Source of the DNA: Heptranchias perlo
Lineage: Eukaryota
NCBI RefSeq assembly: GCF_035084215.1
Contig: NC_090332.1
Coordinates: 80,910,001-80,974,000 of the forward strand
Reading direction: 5' to 3'
Length of the DNA: 64,000 nt
Shown: in pieces, positions 38,194-50,399 of the stretch
Numbering within the stretch: the first letter of the stretch is position 1
Layout of the letters: every line of letters starts with the position of its first letter
Position numbers and translations under genes: made by a program
Notes under the pieces: generated by a model
Database searches by the model: none
What the model saw: the letters and a program-made list of their open reading frames with translations, nothing else
What the model was told of the DNA's origin: nothing

Positions 38194-39077
38194 GGGCAGT
38201 ATTTTAACTGTGAAAAACGGGTGGGTTGGGTGCAGGGGGGCATTGAAAATTGCAACAATTTCAGACCCACCTCCAACCCGCCCATTTCCAGTTTTCACCG
38301 GGGTGGGACGAGCGGCGGGCGACTAACCTGCTCTCAGGAGGCAGGTTGGTCACTAAAACCTTTCAAGGAAGCTGCGGGTCTCCATTTTGAAAGGTTTAGC
38401 GATTTCAACCTCTGGGGGCCGGGAGTCCTGGACCTTCGCCTTCACGCCGGGCGAGAGGAGGCAAAAAGGCCCGAAACTCCAGGTAAGTGCATTTCTGGCG
38501 CAGCTTGTGGGCCCGAAGGAGCAGGAGTTCTCACCCCAGGCCCAACAAGACTACCTGCAGTGCCCCCCACCTCCCAACGATCGCAGACACCCCCAAAAAT
38601 CGTGGACCTCCACGACGACCTTGGATCCTGACCCCGACCCCCGCCCCTTGGTGACTAACCCCCCGGTAACTGACACCCAATCGCCCCCACGATGACTGAC
38701 ACCCCCATGACCCCCAATCCCCCCCACTACCATGACTGACCCCCTCCCCCATTACTGACACGCTCCCGGTGGCCCCCATGCTCACTGTGTCCCCACGCCC
38801 CCTGATGCCCACCCATGCCCCACCCCCACATCCATACAATCTAAGACTTACCTGAACACTTACCTGAAGACATCCTCTTCCTTGCTCTGCTCCCGTCCGG
38901 CTGAGACCAAACTGTCAATCAGGCCGGCCAGTCAGATGGGAAACCAACAATAAAAATAAAAGACGTCCTTAAGTCAAAACCGTAAGGACGTCCAGGAAAC
39001 CCGTACTTCTGGGTTTTCCATCCATGATTCGACCCCCCCCCCCACCCCCTTCCCGGCTCCGGGTTAAAATCCTGGCC
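38194..39077. mobile_element. Harbinger-type MITE (family A, copy 2)
   Basis: GGGCAGTATTTTAAC...GTTAAAATCCTGGCC; flanks TAT/AAT; co-linear with copies 1 and 3. Confidence 0.8.
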
Positions 39078-39349
39078 AATGGGTTGCTCACTTGGGTGAC
39101 AAAAGAATTCACTACTACATTATGTTTGGAATTGAAATCAACACCTTATTACATTTACAACTTTGATCTATAGTTTCTTCTCATTACTGCTTCTTGATCT
39201 GCATTGTCGGACAGTCATTGACCTAAAGGTTGACTGAATAGTTTCACTGTTCTTTAATGCAGAATCAAGGAAGGGGTGAAGGGGTCATTGACAAAGACTG
39301 TCAATGCTGAGAGCTTTTTCTGACTTTTCAGATAAGGGAATTGAGGAGG

Positions 39350-40352
39350 TCACTGAAAGCAGTGCTCTATCAACTACTCCCTGACCTCGCTGGCTGTAAT
39401 GCGTTCTGCTGGCTCTCCGTCTGGTGGTTCTCCCTCGCCTTCATCTACTTCTTCCTTGTCTGACATTGCCTCGTCTTGTTGCTGTGCCTCTTCCAACTCC
39501 AATCCCCTTAGCATTGCCAGATTGTGCAGAATGAAGCAAAGTACAATAATGCAGTCTACTTTGTCTGGGCCATACTGTACGGACCCCCACAGCAATCAAG
39601 GCACCTGAATCTTTGCTTCAAAATGCCAATGTTATGCTCTATGATGTTCCCGGTTGTCCTACGGTTCTGATTGTACCTGTGTTGCTCAGGCATGTTGGGG
39701 TTGTAGAGGGGTGTCATCAGCCAGGTGTGGAGGGGGTAACCCTTGTCTCCTAGCAGCCACCCTCTGACATTCTTGGAGTGGAAGCTCTTCCTGTTCACAT
39801 AAGCTTGTCCTCTGGTGCCCTGATACCTATATGAGTGCAGTCTATTACACGAGGGAAGCCGACCACTGCAGCAAGTCCCAGATCTCTCTCATTCTGGCTG
39901 TTGGCGTCCAATGGAAGGTAATGTACTGGTTTGCTCTGTCAAGGAGCGTATGAGTGACCTCTTTGATGCAGCTGTTCACAGCACATTGGGAGATGTGTGT
40001 AGTAGCCAGGAAGGAGCCTGTGGTGAACAAGTTAAAGGAGGTGGTGACTTTGAAAGCCAGTTGCGAAGCGTGGCCCTTTCGTTCTGCAGGCAGCAGTTCC
40101 TACTGCAACACGCTGCATGGGTCAGCAACAGCCTGCCTGGTGAAGTGCAGCCTCCTCCTGCACTGCTCCTCAGAAATATCTTGACCGATAGATCCTTTGG
40201 GCTGGGTAATGCCTTCCAGGAGCAGCTCCCTTCACCTGCTGTCTTCAAACAGGCCCAGCTGCTGCTTGTCCTGGTTGTTCAGGTTACTGCTTCTGCTCCT
40301 CTTTCTCCAGCTGTGTGTCCATTCAAAGGAGTGAAGCAAAAACGGCACCCAT
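39350..40352 (-). pseudogene. Harbinger (HARBI1-like, DDE_Tnp_4) transposase pseudogene
   Basis: [20 protein letters not shown]...[44 protein letters not shown]...ISQ; stops and frameshifts. Confidence 0.9.
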
Positions 40353-41689
40353 GATAAGCAGTGAGTGCTTAATGAGGGTAAGTAAGGGGGGAAAACACAG
40401 AAAGGAGCAAACTCCAAGCTCAGAACTGCCTTGGAAAGGCAGTACTCACAGTGGCACACAGATCCTAATGACCTAAGTAGGTGAGTGCTCCTTTAAATGC
40501 AGCTTCCAGTCAGGTCAGTCAGTTTGTAAAGCCAATCCCGCTAACTTATACTTACCAGGTTTGCTGCTGGATAGGACTTCTGACCCGCCCAGTTAAAATC
40601 GCATCAGGGTCCAAATGATATCATCTGATGCCTATTCGAATTTATTCACGAGGCACCCTCCTCTTTCTGGCGGGTTCGTTTGTGATCTGCGTCAGCTCCA
40701 GAGTTAAAATGGCAGTCGGTGGGTTTCCAGCGGGAAGGGGGCAGTCAGTCAATTTTTGCGATTTTAACCGTTGACCTGCCCTGTACCCGTCGGGTGAGTT
40801 GGGTCAAAATCAGGGCCTAGGACTTTACAGAAAAGAATGTGTTGCTTTAGCCATTGTTTTATTTTTATTTTATTGTATTTTCCAATCGAAGTTCATTGTT
40901 CCAGTACGATTACTTCAATTAATTTAGTTATGTTTCTGAAATCAATGAGTGCATCAAATAGAAAAAGTCAGAAATAGTCAAAAATTGATTGAAGACAGAG
41001 GGAATAAGAAAGGTTATTTCTTTTTGATTGAAGAAGACCGCCACACTGAGATAAAAGCACTTAAAAAAAAAGTACTAACATTGTCAAAATTCCTTTATAA
41101 TCCCCGAGTGATGAAATCCTAGCTTTTATAGTCAGAAAATAGCTTGCTGGAGACCTGCCATGTTGAGTTTTCCAGCCGCAAAAGACCTACTTGGAAAACA
41201 GGCATGGTAGCTCTTCAGCCAGCTTTTACACGGAGTGGAGATCAACATCTTTGCAGCTCCTCAGTTTGATCCCAGCAGTCTCCCATGCAATTAAAAAGTT
41301 CAGTACATTTTCTCTTTATGCCTTAGCGAAGTTATTCAGTGAGTATTACACATCCGATCATTGAACATTGAGTTAATGTGACAACTGAAACTTTGTATTT
41401 GAAATTTTGCATTGCTTATTTATTTTGCAATATATTCTGAGTGACAGCGATGATTGAATCTATGTGCGTTTATGTGTATCTGAGAGAGAACGCTTGAAAC
41501 AAGTACAGCAAAGAATGAACTAACTTAAAGGGAGGAAATCCTTGGAAGGACTGCTCGATCGCACAAGTAAGGAGGGGAGGTTGATTAAGAAATCCTCGGC
41601 CCAACAGCAGTCTTGGGGCCTCAAAGTCAGGTGCAGCAGGCCCAACAGAGGTTGGAGTTTTGTTGGGACCCATACAAACATATGAAAAC

Positions 41690-42260
41690 ATCGGTCAGGA
41701 AAAGACCAGGAGGTCCATCTAGGCTGTCCCATAGAATTGTGATGCCTCATGCATCGTGCCAAGAGATTGCTTGACTCCTAGCTGCCATGTAGTCTCTTGG
41801 GGGAGGGGAATGCCAGATCACAAACCCAAGGCCAATTAGGGGAAAAAATCTGGAAAATTCCTCTCTGATCCCTATGGACTATGGGAACTAGTTCAGGAGA
41901 CCACATTCACCATGTCCACGACCTCTTTGTTTGGACCTATCTCTTGTACGATGCGATCTCCGCCTATGCCAGGTACCAGTCCAGATCTCCTTTGCAGAAT
42001 CAGCACCATACGCACAACTTACTCCATAGGTGTACTATTCTCTGGGAAAAGGACAGCCTAACATCTAACCTCGTTCTTGCCTTACATAATTTATACACAT
42101 CACGCCTGGTCCTCCTGAACCTTTCTAACTGAAATAATTTGTCAGTGTGCCCACAATCTAGTCCTTTCATTATTTTAAACACCTCAATCAAATCGCCCCT
42201 GGGTCCACACTTCTCTATAGTATAGCTCTTTAAACCTATCTGGGTAGCTAATAATCTAGG
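41690..42260 (-). mobile_element. CR1 3' fragment (long 3' UTR subfamily)
   Basis: RGDLIEVFKIMKGLD...FSQRIVHLW; 3' UTR resembles 53165-53500. Confidence 0.75.
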
Positions 42261-42267
42261 ATGACAC

Positions 42268-42376
42268 TTCTGTGCAGTACTGAGGGAATGCTGCACTGTT
42301 GAAGGTGTCATTTTTTGGATGAGACTTTAAGCCGAAGGCCCATCTGCTCTCTCAGGTGGATGTAATAGATCCCATG
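42268..42376 (+). mobile_element. Deu-domain SINE, left half (split by the LTR element; right half at 46332-46570)
   Basis: ...GATCCCATG | insert | CATGGCACTATTCGAAGAAGAGCAGGGG rejoins to match the uninterrupted copy at 30120. Confidence 0.85.
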
Positions 42377-42913
42377 TGTAAGATAATACTGTAAGAGAAT
42401 AAGATAATACTGTAAGAGAATAAAAGTAACTAGCTTATACTAAAAAATGCTCAGTGTACAATGGGTCAGATAGAAGAATGGAATATAAAAAGCACAAGAA
42501 CCAGCAGTTCTGCTGATAAGAGATCTCTCTTGATCAGGGAACAGATGTCATTCATTGAGACGGTCAGTCTGTAATCGAGCAATTGTCAGCAATAAATGTC
42601 CTGTACAAGGTAATTGTTAAAGAACGTCAAAATATGTCCCTGCCTAGCCATTGATTTTCTATTGTGTAGATGCAAATGTTGTCACTCGAGACCACATGTT
42701 TGCCCGGGAAAGTACAAAAAAGAAAACATTTTGACCAGCTCTCTTTTATCAAACAAAGGAAATAAAGATAATCCTGTTAACTGTTGCATTACTTTAAGGG
42801 CCTTTGACCTTGTTACTTGATAAATAACAAACAAAGATCAATCAAGTGAATGGGAGGAAATCCACACTTAATTGAGGCAAACAAGGACACGGTAATCTTT
42901 GTAAGAAACAAAG

Positions 42914-43043
42914 TGACGAAAGGTCTTCGACCTGAAACGTTAACTCTGTTTCTTTCTCCACAGATGCTGCCTCACTTGCTGAGCTTCTGCAGCATTTTCT
43001 GTTTTTGTTTCAGATTTCCAGCATCCGCAGTATTTTGCTTTTG
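42914..43043 (+). mobile_element. 5'-truncated hammerhead-containing repeat inserted in the LTR element leader
   Basis: TGACGA A AGGTC-TTC-GACCT GAA ACGT T AACT; first core C and the 5' strand of stem I are missing. Confidence 0.7.
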
Positions 43044-43069
43044 ACCCGGGGAAGTTGTGGTTTTGGAAG

Positions 43070-44444
43070 TGATGAGGGTGCTGAGATTAATGAGGGAGCT
43101 TTGGAGGATGTGGCGTATCATTACTATGATGATGATGCTAAGGGAGAGTACAGAACCAGGTAGAGGTGTTGTACCGTAGAGTCCACACTAATCCAGCGGG
43201 TCAAGTAATGAGTAATTGTGAGGAGGATCGCCCGATCACCCACGTAGAACAACAGACAATGGCGCAAGAGGTAGGTCCAATTAAAGACGGAAGGGACCCA
43301 TTAGAGCTCACTCAGACATTTGGGGTCTTCATCCAGGGTCATCCTGAACTTGGCGATCCAGATCTTAAGCACATAGGTTGTATGGCTTGTGTACGGACTG
43401 CAAGGGGGTGATTTTAAACCCCAAGAACGGGTGGGTTGGGGGCGGCTGGGAGTTGAAAATAGTTGTTTTTCTTGGATCACAACCGCAAAATTTTCGGACT
43501 TTGCATTCCCAGTGGGAAGCCTGTACTTTTCCGCGCTGACGTTAAACCCGGAAATAAAGCCGGGTTGCGGTCGCGACCCAAAAAAAACAACTATTTTCAA
43601 CTTCCACCCGCTCCCAACCCACCCGTTCTTGGGGTTTAAAATCACCCCCCAAGGCACGGTTGGACCCAGTGGTCTTTACCGCCGCCACTAATTCTCAAGA
43701 CATCAAAACTGCTATTCTTACAGCATTAGGAATCGGTCAGATCGATGTTTATGATGCGATTGGTAAATGTAATCAGGGACAGCAAGAGCACCCACAGGTG
43801 TTCGAGCAAAGATTGCATGAGCTGTATGTTAAGTTCCAGCTGCTGGCCCCAGTAGGGACCAATCATCGTAATCAGGAGGGATATAAGAAGTTGTTCCTCT
43901 CAAAGTTAACCCCGAAAGTTAAAATAGCCCTGGGGGTAGTAGCGAACGAAAACAGTACTTGGGCTGCAATCATGGGGGTTGTACTTCAGGCATATCAGAA
44001 TGTATGAGCCTTTGGGCCGGGGGTAATACCGGAGCAAAGCCCAAAGTGAAGTCTGAGGTCCATATGGTTGAGAGTCCGTACCCTAAAGGGGCTAGTGTAC
44101 GCAGCAGGGGTTAGAGTAGGCAACAGGTCTATGGGGCCGGACCAGGGAACAGAAATCGCCCTGGTGAGGAAGGATGTTTTAACTGTGGTAAACTGGGACA
44201 CTGGCCGAGAGATTGCCGAACTGCACCTCCTCGATCCGGGGGTGGCGGAGGTCCAGGACCGAGGTCCAACCACTCTCCTCCCTACAAACCCCCACGTCCG
44301 TCCCTCACAGATCAAAAATTGGACAAATTAATTGCGTTATTGGCTACTCAGCAATTAACTGGAGCTGGCCTCCCTCAGGTTCATTCAGTCCGGGCCTCAG
44401 CGCCAGCGCTGGAAGGCGAGCCAACTCGTCCGGGCTCACAATGA
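43070..44444 (+). pseudogene. gag: gag pseudogene (capsid MHR-like motif and CCHC zinc knuckle)
   Basis: CNQGQQEHPQVFEQRL (MHR-like); CFNCGKLGHWPRDC at 44175-44216; TGA at 44442-44444. Start position approximate; interrupted by a MITE. Confidence 0.8.
43404..43649. mobile_element. 246-bp palindromic Harbinger-type MITE
   Basis: ~80-bp imperfect TIRs starting GGGGGTGATTTTAAACCCCAAGAACGGGTGGGTTGGG; 3-bp TSD CAA. Confidence 0.92.
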
Positions 44445-46327
44445 TGGGGTTCTGGCCTCCATAAATATCCGGTACTAATGTTCCGGAGGACACGTGACAA
44501 TCGGCCTTTTGTCACTGCTGTGATCAAAGGGGACCCACAGCAGTCGTTATTAATGGATCCTGGTTCTAATGTCACTGTCTTACATACTTTACACACCTCT
44601 GACTTTGCAGGAGCCACAGGGGTTATTCATTCACTGCAAGGCTTTAACGGCTCTGTACAGCAATATATGCAATTGACTCATATTGATCTGAGTATAGATG
44701 GTATTCAGATGCGAATACCTGATCTGGTCACAATAACCATGCCAATGAATAGGGGGCTATGCATTAACCTGGTGTGGGATATTGATTGATTATATTAACC
44801 AATGTTTATGGATAAGAGATGCAATAGGACTACATCGTAATGTGTCTTCCGCGATTATATCCAATGTTTTTGTCGTGCATGCAATTAAGAAACCTGAACC
44901 GTACTCTCCCCTCACTCATTCTGACCCAGGCATTCAAGCAATCTTGGACAGATGGATGGGGTGATGGGTAAACATAAATAAGATTGTGGTAGGCTAGACA
45001 AGGAAATAAGGGTTAACGGCCCACCCCACTGTAAATGTAAACAATATCCAATTCCCATTGAGAGCTATCCTTATCTACAGGCTTCAATTGACCCTATGCT
45101 AGAGCAAAATGTGATCCATCAGGGACCATTCAGGGATCACTCACACCAATTTGACCAGTAAAGAAACCAGATTGTAGTTGGCGATGAACAATTGATCACA
45201 GGAAATTGAACTCAGTCACACCTTCGTGCGCACCTGTTGTGAGCAATTCACCCACGTTGCTGGCACAGATTCCGAGGACGGCCGAGATCTTTTCGATCCT
45301 CGATATCTCCAATGGATTCTGGAGTGTTCCAGTCCACCCGCAGGATCGGTATAAGGTCGCCTTTACTTTCAACAACCAACAATATACCGGGACAAGTTTG
45401 CCACAGTGGTTTCATAACTCCCCTGCAACCTTCCACAAGTGTATGGCATCTATACTGAAGGGATGATCTCACTCAGTCTGTTCTACAATACGTGGATGAG
45501 ATTTTGATTGCCACCAGGACACGTAAACAACATATGATAATGCTTTGGGATGTTCTGGGCAAACTAAGGTCGGCCGGTCTAAAAATCAATCCCAAGAAAG
45601 CTCAGCTACTACAATCGGAGGTATCTTTTTTGGGGATCAGTTTATCGCACCATGGAAAGATGTCTGACACCCACAAAGTGGAGATTATTACAGAGGCTAC
45701 CATTGCCAGTGTCAAAGATGGCTCTCTGATCGTTTCTGGGGCTGGTGGGGTACCAACGATCATTCATTCCACAGTTTGCAGAACTAGCTAAGCCATTGTA
45801 CAACTTACTCAAAGGAAATGATGATTCAGTTCAGCGGGATTGGATGGATAAACATACCGATGCAGTAACCGAGCTGAAGCAAGCGGTTGTGCAGGCTACG
45901 TGCTTGATTTCTCCAGACTCTAATCAGCCGTTTCACCTGGAAATGGTAGCCACATCCGTAAGCCTAGCAGCTGTATTGTGCCAGGAGGTGCACAGCCGAT
46001 TGACACCGATCGCTTATGTATCCCGCATCCTGACTGGAGTTGAGAAGACATTCGACCCATGTGAGCAACACCTTCCCGCAACCTTCTGGGCAGTCAAGCA
46101 TTTACTTATATCACCGGACTACAGACTCTGGTGTTGCATTCTCCCCACACACCTCTGGACTTGCTACTAAAGCCCGGTAACATGTTGGTTTTGTCGCAAC
46201 AACTGAACCATTGGACATTACTGCTGATGGAACGTGACCTCCAGGTCACCCTTAAAAAGACAATGCTTATTCCGCATCTTTTATTGTACCAATGGGAGTC
46301 ACACACGTGTCCCTTGCCCATCTTACA
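44445..46327 (+). pseudogene. pol: pro-pol pseudogene (protease, RT, degenerate RNase H/tether; no integrase)
   Basis: LLMDPGSNVTVL; PVKKPDCSWR*TIDHRKLN; LDISNGFWS; LPQWFHNSP; YVDE; PIAYVSRIL...CEQHL. Confidence 0.9.
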
Positions 46328-48147
46328 CATGGCACTATTCGAAGAAGAGCAGGGGAGTTCTCCCGGTGTCCTGCCCAATATTTATCCCTCAACCAACATC
46401 ACTAAAAGAGATTATCTGGTCATTATCTCATTGCTGTTTCTGGGACCTTGCTGTGAGCAAATTGGATGCCATGTTTCCCTATATTACAACAGTGAGAACG
46501 CTCCAAAATGGACATCATTGGCCGAAAAGTGCTTTGGGACATCCTGAGGTTGTGAAAGACGCTATAGAAATATTCATTGTTTTTCTTTCTTTCTTTCTGT
46601 CTTTCTGTCTTTCCCTAACCAGCTCCTCCTGACCCCACAGAAATCTTCAGGCCCAATGTTGGCCATTTAGTGGCTCTCCCCAGATTATCTCCTCCACTGT
46701 TCAGGGCATGACTTCTGGATTGGCTCTACAGAGAAGCTGCCAGATTCTCCAACCCCTCCTCAGTGGGCTCGCTGAGCGCTGGCAGCTCATCCCAAAATAC
46801 TTAGATGAAGCCTGACCATGCCCGCCAATGTTGAAAATCCCCCCCGCCCCCCACCCCTCCATTGGGACACCAGCACTATTATAGGAAGGGCTCACATCCA
46901 ATCGGAGGTGTGGGTATGGGGATGGTGATGGGAACAGTGGTCTGATAGATTTGCTTTCCCTCTTTAAAGTGTATTTCATTGTGACATGTTCTGCACTTTT
47001 CTCTTAACTAAAGTAACTGGTTGTGGAGGCAGTTGCCGATGTTAACACTGGAAATGTGACTTCCTGGTTAAAACAATTACCACAAGTTTTTGTTTTTGGT
47101 TATTGCAAAATCTTTTTTACTGTTAAGAACAACCTGCAATGACCTTGTAACAATGATTTATGTAAAGTGACAAAGCAGTAGTGTTATTTAATCGATATTT
47201 TTAACTACTTTCAATGATTAATTTATCACTTAAAAGTATTCATATTGAGAAGAGGGATGTAGCATTCCATTAAGTATAATGATTTTGAATTTTAAACTTG
47301 AAAAACATCGACACGACAGTGTTCAAACATAGAACATGGAAGAGAGAGAGATAGATAGAGAGAGAACACAGAAACTGCCAAATGCTTCTAACAGTACAAG
47401 AGTTCTGATTTGTTCACCTAAAACTTGTTTTTATTGGTTCCAAGGATAAAATGTTGGGAAAAAGTCGTCAATAGCAACCACTCTGAAATGATAAGGAGGA
47501 AGTGAGTCAGCTTCTACCATTGCTTACTTTTCTGCCTAATGAAAGGAAGTAGGAGGCGGAAAATGTGCCATGGCAAGATTTAATCTTCGTTAGTCCTTAA
47601 GGACATCATCGGAGCAGAAATGGGTTAAAACAAACACGACCAGATGCCCTATTTACTGTATGAAAAAGCACTGAAAAAGCAGAACACTAACCATTTTCAG
47701 AACAGCAAAGCAGCCTTAATTACAATATTTCAACCAACAACTATATGTATAATGCATGACCCCCAAACATGACATCTCTATAATTCTCTACTACTCTAAT
47801 GTTTAATTCACATTTTAATGAACTTCTTTAAAGCAACAGCAGGTGATTTAATGCTTTTGAACCGTATGATACGTGAGTTGTATTTATTGTCAAGTTTCGC
47901 TGATAACGATGCGTTATGATAAGAAGTATTCTGAATATCCTTTAAAAAACTTTATGACATAAATATTCCAATTAAGGGGGGAAGATTTCTTCTATGCACT
48001 AAGTGGAGCAACATCATAAAGCTGGTCCATATAAATGCATTTACGGTTTTGCTACACTTAGTGTACGGAGGAAATCTTTCTTCATGGTATTCCAGCTTTT
48101 GAATTTTACCCTTGCTTATATTATCTGTAGACTTAGCACAAGATATT

Positions 48148-48826
48148 GGCCCAGAAATTCAGCCACGCCCATTTTCGGGTGCATGGGGTGGGGGCGAGGG
48201 GGGGCCAAGGGTGGTGAGGCCCGAGGCTCCCCAGATATCGGGCCTCGGTCCTCAATGTAATGGAGCCAGTGTGGCTTGTCATGCCCACTAGTGAAAACTG
48301 GTGAAAAATTGGGCCTAGCATCGCAGGGACCCTCAAGTAAGGGGGTCCAGGATCGGGTCGGACGAAGCAACTTGGCGCTGGGGGTTGAGGATCGGGGCCT
48401 GGGTCGCAGATCTGGAGTCCGGGAATTGGGGGTCCGGGAATTGGGGGGTTCCAGGATCGGGGGTCAGGAACGGCAGCTATCTGAAGGGGGTTAAATGTGC
48501 GGTCGGAGGAGCACTCCTGCTTCTCCCGGCTCCACATTCAGGTAAATTACTTACCTTCTTTGTTGTAGGCGATCCGTAGGGCTGGTTTCCCTAAGTGCAG
48601 CCAGCAATGTTGTGGGCTACCTCAGTGCAAACCAATCTTGGAGAGGGGACCTCAAACAGGCATTAGGCCCCTTACTTGCATATGCTTCAGGCGTGACTAA
48701 AGGACGCCTCTTATTTGTCCTTACCCAATATTGCAGGCGGTGCACTTCCGGCCGCAAGTGTGCACGTGCTCCCTGGGGTCTCAGTAGGCCGTTTAGCGCC
48801 TGAAAAACGGGTGCAATTTCAAGGCC
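48148..48826. mobile_element. Harbinger-type MITE
   Basis: GGCCCAGAAATT...AATTTCAAGGCC ends; G-rich short tandem GGGGGTCCGGGAATT. Confidence 0.6.
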
Positions 48827-50399
48827 ACAATGTTAAACCATCAGTCTGCTTGCTGCATTTTATTGTGTTTCCAATTAATAACTAGGATTGAGTGATGTCG
48901 AGTAAATTTGGATTTTTTTTTTAATCAAACTATACAATTAGTTCAAAGACAACTTCATGTATTTCCTGTTGCAATGCCTGGAGCTGTACTTATCTGAATG
49001 AACAAAGCTGATCCGATATGGTTAAATTCTGGTAAATCCAAATTGACTTAACTCAGATCAACTTGGATTCAAATTTGACTCTGGAGTTTGTCGTTGACCT
49101 TGCAACACTTAAGGATTGGATTGTTTCCACATCCTTTGCAGTCTGATAAAAATAGTTATATGTGCGTAAAGGCAGCCATCCACAACCATCCTCCTGTGCT
49201 ACTAGAAGTTGATTTACTGTCTCTTCACATCACTGCCAAGCTTCTTAAATATTGGTAAGTTAATTGTATTATTAATTTTGCGACAACTTTGAAAGCGTTT
49301 ACTTTAATCCTTTCACTGGCACTTTGCGAATGAAGCTCACTCCAGGGGCCATTAATTCGTGCCACGACCCTGTCAAGTTTTCAAACAGCCTCAGTTCCTG
49401 GAGCTACCAGAAACAGACTGCTCTAAAAATTCCATTTCCAAGGCTGACACGTTAGCTCCTGGGAAATTTCACAGTGCACTGTTGTTGGCCCAACAGTGTT
49501 GTGCTTCCTGACCTAGCAGTGCTACCCAGCGCTGTAGAACTTGGCCCCCTCACCCAGCGGTTCTCTTCCCAGGCCCAGCAGTGCTCCTCTCCCTATCTCA
49601 GAAAAGATTTTTCCCTGACTCAGCAGTGCCACCCAGCTCAGTGGGGTTTGGCTTCCCAGCCCAGAGGTGCTGTACTCCCTATCCAGGGCCAATGCTCCAC
49701 TCCCTTCCCCTACCTAGATCTCTGCTCCATGCTCTGCGCTTCCCATTCAATCCTGGCCTGTGCCCCTGCTCAATCCCAGACCCTGGCTCTCAGTTTCCAT
49801 GTCACCCAGACATCTGTTGCAGCCCCTCCTGGATGGATGAGACAGAGAAACACACAGAGACAGAAAAAGAGAGACCCTTCACTCCATGCCCGACGTCAAT
49901 CCCAAACTCCTAGTCCCTGCTCCCTCCCAGTTCAGGTCCCAACTCACTTGCCGCCCACAGCTGCCTTCCAGCTCAAGGCTCGGAACCCACATCTGTTGCA
50001 GGAGCTCCCAGATGTACCAGTACTGATGGGAGCCATTTCTTCCGATTCAGTGCAACAGCAACAGACCATCAAGTCCAGGGTAGAAGAGGATCTTAGAAGA
50101 GGTGAAGGTCCCTCATTCCCTCCCAAGCCCCAGCTCCTCCTGGCTTTAGCCTGCAGGCCCAGGCCCTCTCTTTCCTTCTCTCCTTTTGGTACTCAGGGAG
50201 AAACATGGCTGCTTCTGCATCGGTGAGAGGATTAGTGCCCTTGTGGTTCCAGGTCTCCATGGGAGGTGAAAGACAAAGGAGGGAGTGAGAAACATTCACG
50301 GAGAAATAGGCAGAGAGACAGAGGGATGGGAAAAGTGGAAGATATACAAAAAGACAGAGACAAAAAGATAAGGGTGCCATACTAGAAAAAAGGCAAAAT

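Larger units (their letters stand above)
37160..40817. mobile_element. Degenerate Harbinger/PIF transposon (probable ORF1 3' remnant on +, transposase on -, right TIR)
   Basis: Transposase motifs on the minus strand; right end ...GTCAAAATCAGGGCC; left end not seen. The ORF1 assignment for 37160-38190 is tentative. Confidence 0.6.
42377..46327 (+). mobile_element. LTR retroelement / endogenous retrovirus-like, internally deleted (5' LTR part, gag, pro, RT, RNase H-like tether)
   Basis: Termini TGTAAGA...TCTTACA, 4-bp TSD CATG, TATAAAA at ~42484, AATAAA at 42591, gag-pol motifs. Confidence 0.9.

Noticed and set aside
39350-40352. Host HARBI1 gene
   Set aside because: Multiple stops, frameshifts and deletions, plus a nearby TIR, indicate a dead transposon copy.
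49474-50226. 250-aa Pro/Gln/Ser-rich ORF
   Set aside because: Non-ATG start, pyrimidine-rich low-complexity DNA, no recognisable domain or splice structure.
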